This document shows, piece by piece, positions 19,683 to 26,595 of a stretch of 32,000 bases of DNA; position 1 is the stretch's first letter; every line of letters starts with the position of its first letter. Position numbers and translations under genes: made by a program. Source of the stretch: Micrococcus luteus NCTC 2665 (GTDB taxonomy: Bacteria; Actinomycetota; Actinomycetes; Actinomycetales; Micrococcaceae); assembly GCF_000023205.1 (NCBI RefSeq), contig NC_012803.1, forward strand, positions 90,001-122,000. Direction: 5' to 3'. The notes beneath the pieces were generated by a model, which was given only the letters and a program-made list of their open reading frames with translations, searched no databases and was not told the origin of the DNA.

Positions 19683-19752
19683 GGAACCTTCCTGAGGTCG
19701 AAGCGCCGGAAAATATCCGGTGAGGCGGATCACTGGCCGGAAGGTTTCCATG
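19680..19752. promoter_or_regulatory. Nested dyad in the Lrp / unknown-operon divergent intergenic region (candidate operator or RBS-sequestering structure)
   Basis: The outer arms are CATGGAACCTTCC (19680-19692) and GGAAGGTTTCCATG (19739-19752). The central palindrome is CCGGAAAATATCCGG (19706-19720). On the minus strand the centre contains TATTTT, a possible -10 element. Confidence 0.4.
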
Positions 19753-19805
19753 AGCGCACGGGGCTGTCAACCCGGCGGCCGGGGCCGGCTGATAGCGTGC
19801 GGCGC

Positions 19806-20264
19806 ATGGACGACCCTGTCGACGCGCGGCTCGCGGCCGCCGTCTCCCATGACCCGCGCGCCACGCTCGCCCAGCTCTCCGAGCGGGTCGGCCTCTCGAC
19901 CTCCGCGGTGCAGGCGCGCCTGCGCCGGCTCGAGAGCACGGGCGTGATCACGGGCTACCGTGCGCTGCTCGACCCCGAGGCCGTGGGCAGGCCGCTCTCC
20001 GCGTTCATCGAGATCAGCCCGCTGGACCCGCGCCAGCCCGACGACGCCCCCGAGCTCCTCGAGTCCATCGCGGCGATCGAGGCATGCCACTCCGTGGCCG
20101 GCGACGCCGCGTACATGCTCTTCGTGCGCGTGGGCTCGCCGCGCGAGCTCGAGGCCCTCGTGACGGAGATCCGCCAGACGGCGTCGGTGGCCACCCGGAC
20201 CACCGTGGTGCTGCAGACCTTCTACGAGCACCGCCCCATGCTGGAGCTGCCGGCGGAGGACTGA
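19806..20264 (+). CDS. Lrp/AsnC-family transcriptional regulator
   Basis: The N-terminal HTH ATLAQLSERVGLSTSAVQARLRRLESTGVITGY is followed by an RAM/AsnC_trans_reg-type C-terminal half. TAGCGT (19793-19798) lies 7 nt before ATG 19806, suggesting a leaderless mRNA. Confidence 0.85.
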   Translation: MDDPVDARLAAAVSHDPRATLAQLSERVGLSTSAVQARLRRLESTGVITGYRALLDPEAVGRPLSAFIEISPLDPRQPDDAPELLESIAAIEACHSVAGDAAYMLFVRVGSPRELEALVTEIRQTASVATRTTVVLQTFYEHRPMLELPAED

Positions 20265-20290
20265 GGGCGGGCGCTTCGGCCCCTCCTGTC

Positions 20291-20343
20291 ACGCGAGCGG
20301 TCGGAATGAGGGCCGATCTGACGCTCATTCCGACCTCTCGCGT
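20291..20343. repeat. 20-bp-arm inverted repeat downstream of lrp and upstream of the GDPD gene
   Basis: ACGCGAGCGGTCGGAATGAG (20291-20310) pairs with CTCATTCCGACCTCTCGCGT (20324-20343) with one mismatch. The 13-nt loop is GGCCGATCTGACG. The architecture and the GGCC-containing loop resemble the other intergenic repeats. Confidence 0.45.
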
Positions 20344-20395
20344 TCCCGGCTGCGGCAGCGGGCACCCCACCGCCCGTCCCCGCTACGGTGATCCC

Positions 20396-21235
20396 GTGCG
20401 TCCGACCTCGCCCCGTCCTGCCCCCGCCTACCTCACCGACTCCGTTCCCGCCCGTCGCGGCCACCCGCTGGGGTTCGCGCACCGGGGCGCCGCCGTCGAT
20501 CGGGAGAACTCGCTGGCCGCGTTCGTGGACGCCCACGCCGCCGGGTTCACCTACCTCGAGCTGGACGTGCGCACCACGGCGGACGGCGAGCTCCTCGTCT
20601 TCCACGACGACACCCTGGACCGCGTCAGCACCGGCCGCGGCCGGCTGCGCGACCACACGTGGGAGCGACTGGCGGACGTCACGGTCGGCGGGGAGCCGCT
20701 GCTGCGCTTCACGGAACTGCTCACGGCGCTCCCCGAAGCCCGCCTGAACGTGGACCTCAAGGACCGCGCGTCGGCCCCGGCCCTGGCCCGCATCCTCGCC
20801 GAGCACGGCGCCTGGGACCGCGTGCTCGTCGCCTCGTTCCATGACTCGCGGCGCCGCCTCTTCCGGCGCGCCCTCGCCCGCCTCGGCCACCCCGAGCGGG
20901 CGTACGGGCCGGAGCGGGTGGCGACGTCGGGCGGGGCGGCCGCCATCGCGGCCCTCGTGACGCTGGGGCCGCTGGGACTGACCCGCTGGCTGCGCCGGTA
21001 CGCCCTCGACGTCGACTGCGTGCAGGTGCCCGTCCGGCACGGCCGCGTGCCCGTGGCCACCGCCGACTTCGTGCGCCGCTGCCACGCGGCGGGCCTGCCG
21101 GTGCACGTGTGGGTCGTCGACGAGCCCGCGGAGATCGAACGCCTGCTCGACCTCGGCGTCGACGGCGTCATGACCGACCGTGCCGACGTCCTCGCCGAGG
21201 TCTACGCCCGCCGCGGCTTCTGGCCGCAGCGCTGA
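20396..21235 (+). CDS. Glycerophosphodiester phosphodiesterase (GDPD family)
   Basis: GFAHRGA..ENS and YLELDVRTTADGELLVFHDDTLDR are canonical GDPD motifs. GTG 20396 is the first start downstream of the hairpin at 20291-20343. Confidence 0.8.
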   Translation: MRPTSPRPAPAYLTDSVPARRGHPLGFAHRGAAVDRENSLAAFVDAHAAGFTYLELDVRTTADGELLVFHDDTLDRVSTGRGRLRDHTWERLADVTVGGEPLLRFTELLTALPEARLNVDLKDRASAPALARILAEHGAWDRVLVASFHDSRRRLFRRALARLGHPERAYGPERVATSGGAAAIAALVTLGPLGLTRWLRRYALDVDCVQVPVRHGRVPVATADFVRRCHAAGLPVHVWVVDEPAEIERLLDLGVDGVMTDRADVLAEVYARRGFWPQR

Positions 21236-21277
21236 CCCCCGCCCGCCCCCGGCCCGCGGCTCGCGGCCCGCGGCCGA

Positions 21278-21349
21278 CTTTCGAGCGTGAAATCGGGGCT
21301 ATGGGCGCTTTCGAACGTGAGTTAGGCCCCATGTCACGTTCGAAAGCGC
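21278..21349. repeat. Structured intergenic repeat, copy B (two direct units plus one inverted unit)
   Basis: u1 is CTTTCGAGCGTGAAAT (21278-21293). u2 is GCGCTTTCGAACGTGA (21305-21320). u3 is TCACGTTCGAAAGCGC (21334-21349), a perfect 16-bp complement of u2 across a 13-nt loop. The copy lies between the convergent GDPD and ALDH genes. Confidence 0.6.
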
Positions 21350-21390
21350 GGGCCCAGCCGGGCCCGGCCAGCCCCGCCCCCACCCACCCC

Positions 21391-22905
21391 TCAGAGCATC
21401 TTCGGCAGCAGCGCCCGCTTCATCCGCCCGTACGGCGGGTACGCGGTCTTGAGCGTGTCCACCTGGTCCGACTTCGTGATGGACGGGCGCAGGTGGGAGA
21501 ACGTCTCGAAGCCGTGGATGCCGTGGTACGCGCCCATCCCGGACGCGCCGATCCCGCCGAACGGCAGCGTCGCGATGCCGGCGTGCAGCAGGCCGACGTC
21601 GTAGCCGAGGCCGCCGGCCTGCACCTGGTCGTCGAACGCGCGGTGGTAGCTCGGCCGGTCCGTGAACAGGTACGCGGCCAGCGGGTGCGGGCGCTCCGCG
21701 ATGAAGTCCAGGGCGTCCTGGAAGGTGTCCACGGTCAGCACGGGCAGGATCGGGCCGAACAGCTCCTCCTGCATGAGCGCGCCGTCCGGCTTGACGCCCG
21801 TCACCACGGTCGGCGCCATGTACCGCCCCGCCACGTCCACGTCGCCGCCGACGAGCAGCTCGGCGCCGGCGTCGAGGTCCGCCTGAAGCATCTCCCGCAG
21901 CCGCTCCGCGTGCTCGGCGGAGATGAGGCGGCCGTAGTCCTTCGACGCGCGGGGGTCGTCGCCGTAGAACTCGCGCAGGGCTGCGGGGAGCTCGGCGGTC
22001 ACCTGACGCAGCGCGGCCTCGCCGACGGCCAGCACGTAGTCCGGGGCCACGCACGTCTGACCCGCGTTGGTGAACTTCGCCCACGCGATCCGGCGGGCCA
22101 TCGCGCCCGTGTTCCGGGACGGCGTCACCACCGCCGGCGACTTGCCGCCCAGCTCGAGCGTCACGGGGGAGAGGGTCTTCGCCGCCGCCTCGTAGACGAT
22201 CCGGCCCACGCGCTCCCCGCCGGTGTAGAGGATGTGGTCCCACGGCTCCGCCAGCAGCGCGGTGTTGCACTCCTTGCCGCCCGCCACCACGGAGACCAGT
22301 GCGGAGTCCAGGTACTGCGGCACCAGCTCCCGCAGCGCCGCCGCCGTGGCCGGGGCCTTCTCCGACGGGCTGAGCACCACCGTGTTGCCGGCCGCCAGCG
22401 CGCCCACGACCGGGGCGAGCGCGAGCTGCACCGGATAGTTCCACGCGCCGATGACCAGCACGAGACCCTTGGGTCGCGGCCGGACCTCCGCGCTCGCGGG
22501 CCGCAGGGCCAGCGGCAGCTTCACGGGCCGCGGCTCCATCCAGTCGGTCAGGTGCAGCAGCGCGTGGTCCACCTCGGAGCGCACCGAGACGATCTCCGTG
22601 ATCAGCGCCTCGGTGGCCGGCTTGCCCAGGTCCGTGCCGAGCGCCGCGACGAACCGGTCCGCGTGCTCCGTCAGCATCCGCTTCAGGCCCTTGAGCTGGC
22701 GCACCCGCACCGCGCGCGGGTGGGCGGCGCGGGAGCGGGCGGCGGCGCGCAGACGCTCGACGGCGGCCCGCGGCTCCTCGGGTCGGGGCCCGGCCGGCGC
22801 GATCGGCAGGGCCTCGGTGGGCAACGGCTCGCGAACCGGATCGTCGTCGGGGGTGTCGGGGGCGTCGGTGGTCAGACCGGGGGGCTGCGTGCTCATGTCG
22901 GCCAC
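21391..22905 (-). CDS. NAD(P)-dependent aldehyde dehydrogenase (ALDH3-like)
   Basis: LELGGKSP and the catalytic-cysteine motif FTNAGQTCVAPDY are present. The ~500-aa length fits the ALDH family. Confidence 0.9.
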   Translation of the reverse strand: MADMSTQPPGLTTDAPDTPDDDPVREPLPTEALPIAPAGPRPEEPRAAVERLRAAARSRAAHPRAVRVRQLKGLKRMLTEHADRFVAALGTDLGKPATEALITEIVSVRSEVDHALLHLTDWMEPRPVKLPLALRPASAEVRPRPKGLVLVIGAWNYPVQLALAPVVGALAAGNTVVLSPSEKAPATAAALRELVPQYLDSALVSVVAGGKECNTALLAEPWDHILYTGGERVGRIVYEAAAKTLSPVTLELGGKSPAVVTPSRNTGAMARRIAWAKFTNAGQTCVAPDYVLAVGEAALRQVTAELPAALREFYGDDPRASKDYGRLISAEHAERLREMLQADLDAGAELLVGGDVDVAGRYMAPTVVTGVKPDGALMQEELFGPILPVLTVDTFQDALDFIAERPHPLAAYLFTDRPSYHRAFDDQVQAGGLGYDVGLLHAGIATLPFGGIGASGMGAYHGIHGFETFSHLRPSITKSDQVDTLKTAYPPYGRMKRALLPKML

Positions 22906-22971
22906 GCTACCGAGCCGCCCTGTGCGACGGCAGGGCGGGGCGCCGTCGTCGTCCCCCGCGCGACCCGCGCA

Positions 22972-23087
22972 CTTTCGTTCGGAAGAGGGCGCCCCCAGGG
23001 TCTTTTCGTTCGGGAAACGGCGCGCGCGCCCGGCCGTTTCCCGAACGAAAGCGGTGCGACACGCCGCCGTTTCCCGAACGAAAGCGG
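22972..23087. repeat. Variant structured repeat, copy C (two direct plus two inverted units; nested double hairpin)
   Basis: TTTCGTTCGGGAAACGG (23004-23020) is perfectly complementary to CCGTTTCCCGAACGAAA (23034-23050). The 21-mer CCGTTTCCCGAACGAAAGCGG occurs twice (23034-23054 and 23067-23087). CTTTCGTTCGG at 22972-22982 can pair with the distal copy. The element lies between the pgm stop and the ALDH start. Confidence 0.6.
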
Positions 23088-23100
23088 ACGGGGGCGGGTG

Positions 23101-24819
<1,719 letters not shown>

Positions 24820-24886
24820 GTGCCACACCTTGGCACGGGCGGGCGAACGGGGGAAGACGCGTGGCCCAGCGGGACGACGCCGGCGG

Positions 24887-25315
24887 TCACTTCCGGCAGC
24901 CGGCGCACAGCCCCCAGTAGTAGACCTCGGCCTCGTCGACCGCGAAGCCGTGGTCCTCGGGGGCGTCGAGGCACGGTGCGGAGCCGGTGCGGCACGGCAC
25001 GTCCACGACCGTGCCGCAGCCGCGGCACACGAGGTGGTGGTGGTTGTCGCCCGTGCAGATCTCGTAGCGGGCCGGGGAGCCGGCGGGCTGCAGGGAGCGC
25101 ACGAGCCCGGCCTCGGTGAGCGCGTGGAGGCAGTCGTAGACGGCCTGGTGCGAGGTGCCGGGCAGGGCCCGACGGACGGCGGCCAGCACGGTGGACGCGT
25201 CCGCGTGGGGGTGGTCGGCGAGGGCGGTCAGCACCGCGAGGCGGGGCCGGGTCACGCGCAGGCCGACGCCGCGCAGCAGCGTGCGCTCGTCCTCGTCCCG
25301 CGTCGTGGTCTCCAT
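24887..25315 (-). CDS. Fur-family metalloregulator (FurA/PerR-like)
   Basis: The winged-helix N-terminal half is [14 protein letters not shown]. The metal-site region [10 protein letters not shown] and the C-terminal CAGC form CxxC...CxxC. From memory, the C-terminal [11 protein letters not shown] resembles mycobacterial FurA. I prefer ATG 25315 over 25330 because of the promoter geometry. Confidence 0.85.
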   Translation of the reverse strand: METTTRDEDERTLLRGVGLRVTRPRLAVLTALADHPHADASTVLAAVRRALPGTSHQAVYDCLHALTEAGLVRSLQPAGSPARYEICTGDNHHHLVCRGCGTVVDVPCRTGSAPCLDAPEDHGFAVDEAEVYYWGLCAGCRK

Positions 25316-25323
25316 GCCAGTCG

Positions 25324-25352
25324 ATCCCATCCGGTTCTCTGGAACATGTCAA
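25324..25352 (-). promoter_or_regulatory. Candidate fur promoter (leaderless) within a relatively AT-rich patch
   Basis: On the minus strand, a perfect TTGACA (complement of 25347-25352) is followed by a 17-nt spacer and TGGGAT (complement of 25324-25329). ATG 25315 lies 8 nt further downstream. Confidence 0.35.
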
Positions 25353-25476
25353 GAAAGAGCGGGCCGCTTCGCCCCCGGCGCACCGGCCATTCCCCGCCGT
25401 CCCCGTGCTGACTACGGTGAATCCTCGACCCCGGGGCGCACCGGCCCGGGCGCCGTCGATGAGGAGGTCCCCACCC

Positions 25477-26595
25477 ATGGCCCAGCCCGAGCCCGTCCGT
25501 CTCGTCCCGGGTGGAGCCGTGGACCGCCCGGCCGAGCAGGCCCTCCTCGCGGCCGCCGCGGCCTGCGGCGGCGACGTCGACGCGATGGTCGAGCTGCTCC
25601 GTGCGGCTTCCGGCGCCGCGTCCGGCGAGGCCGCCGCCCCGCTCGACCTGCCGCTGACCGGCGCGGGGCGCACCCGCGAGCAGTGGGAGCTGCTCGCCTC
25701 CGTCGCCGCGCAGGACCTCTCGGCCGCCCGCGTGCTCGAGCCCCATCTGGACGCGCTCTCGATCCTGTCCCAGGCAGGCGTCCCCGCCCCGGCCGGGCTG
25801 CTCGGCGTCTACGCCTCCGAGTCCGGCGGCCGCACCCCCGCCCTGCGCCCCGTCCCGGACGGCCCCGACACCGCCTGGCTGCTCGACGGCGAGAAGCCGT
25901 GGTGTTCGCTCGCGGACCGGTGCGCGGCCGCCGTCGTGACCGGCCGGGAGGCGGACGGCACCCGCCGCGCCGTGCTCGTGGACCTGTCCCACCCCGGCGT
26001 GGCCGAGACCGACTCGGCCTGGCCCGCGCTCGGCCTCGCCCCGATCCGCACGGTGGGCCTGGCCTTCGACGCCGTCCCCGGCAACGCCGTCGGCGGCGCC
26101 GAGTGGTACCTGCGCCGGCCCGGCTTCGCGTGGGGCGGCATCGGCGTGGCGGCGGTGTGGTTCGGCGGCGCCGTCGGCATCGCCCGCACCCTGCGGAACG
26201 CCACCGCCGCCCGCGCGGCCGCCGAGGCCGAGGGCCGCGGACCGGGCCCGGACCAGATCGGCCAGGCCGCGCTCGGCCGCGTCGACCGGCTGCTCCACGC
26301 GATGGCCGCCCTGCTCGCCCGTGCCGCCGACGACGTGGACGCCGGCCGCCTGGACCACGGCCGCGGCATGGTCGAGGCCGACCGGATCCGCGGCACCGTG
26401 GCGCAGCTGTGCACCGAGGTGATGGACGTCGTCGGGCAGGCCACCGGCCCCGGCCCGCTCACCGGCAGCGCCGCGCACGCCCGCGCCGTCGCCGACCTGC
26501 AGGTCTACCTGCGCCAGCACCACGGACACCGCGACGACGCCCGGCTGGGCGCCGCGCTCCTGACCGGCGAGACCGACGGCGGCTGGACGTGGTGA
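25477..26595 (+). CDS. Acyl-CoA dehydrogenase-fold flavoprotein (type-2 / group-D monooxygenase-like)
   Basis: GAGGAGG (25461-25467) lies 9 nt upstream of ATG 25477. The blocks LSAARVLEPHLDALSIL, LLDGEKPWCSLADRC and a C-terminal helical domain are consistent with the ACAD superfamily. The stop TGA 26593-26595 overlaps the next gene's GTG. Confidence 0.7.
   Translation: MAQPEPVRLVPGGAVDRPAEQALLAAAAACGGDVDAMVELLRAASGAASGEAAAPLDLPLTGAGRTREQWELLASVAAQDLSAARVLEPHLDALSILSQAGVPAPAGLLGVYASESGGRTPALRPVPDGPDTAWLLDGEKPWCSLADRCAAAVVTGREADGTRRAVLVDLSHPGVAETDSAWPALGLAPIRTVGLAFDAVPGNAVGGAEWYLRRPGFAWGGIGVAAVWFGGAVGIARTLRNATAARAAAEAEGRGPGPDQIGQAALGRVDRLLHAMAALLARAADDVDAGRLDHGRGMVEADRIRGTVAQLCTEVMDVVGQATGPGPLTGSAAHARAVADLQVYLRQHHGHRDDARLGAALLTGETDGGWTW

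Noticed and set aside
19720-19947. 75-aa plus-strand ORF with an SD-like GGAAGG and ATG 19750, overlapping lrp out of frame
   Set aside because: The product is Arg/Ser/Pro-rich. It overlaps a well-supported Lrp/AsnC gene. Its SD+ATG is better explained as one arm of the intergenic dyad.
8597-21347. TCGAAC/GTTCGA cores of the repeats considered as LexA SOS boxes (actinobacterial consensus TCGAAC-N4-GTTCGA)
   Set aside because: The half-sites are separated by about 20 nt rather than 4. They also sit downstream of convergent genes, not in promoters.
8590-21350. Similar short peptides translated from the repeats (FEREMGVLSAFGRGIGPISRPKVRV versus FEREIGAMGAFERELGPMSRSKARA)
   Set aside because: The similarity follows from the DNA repeat itself. 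There is no start codon or RBS at the expected position. The conserved feature is base-pairing (compensatory changes), not codon positions.
22972-23087. Repeated 21-mers considered as a mini CRISPR array
   Set aside because: There are only two exact direct copies, plus inverted partners that form hairpins. The 12-nt spacing between the two direct 21-mers is far shorter than a CRISPR spacer. No cas genes occur in the window.
25155-26591. Upstream 479 codons of the 1186-aa frame that contains the trifunctional fusion
   Set aside because: This part overlaps fur (opposite strand) and the ACAD-fold gene (other frame), and it is Arg/Pro/Gly-rich. The GTG 26592 / TGA overlap with the ACAD stop gives a natural coupled start.
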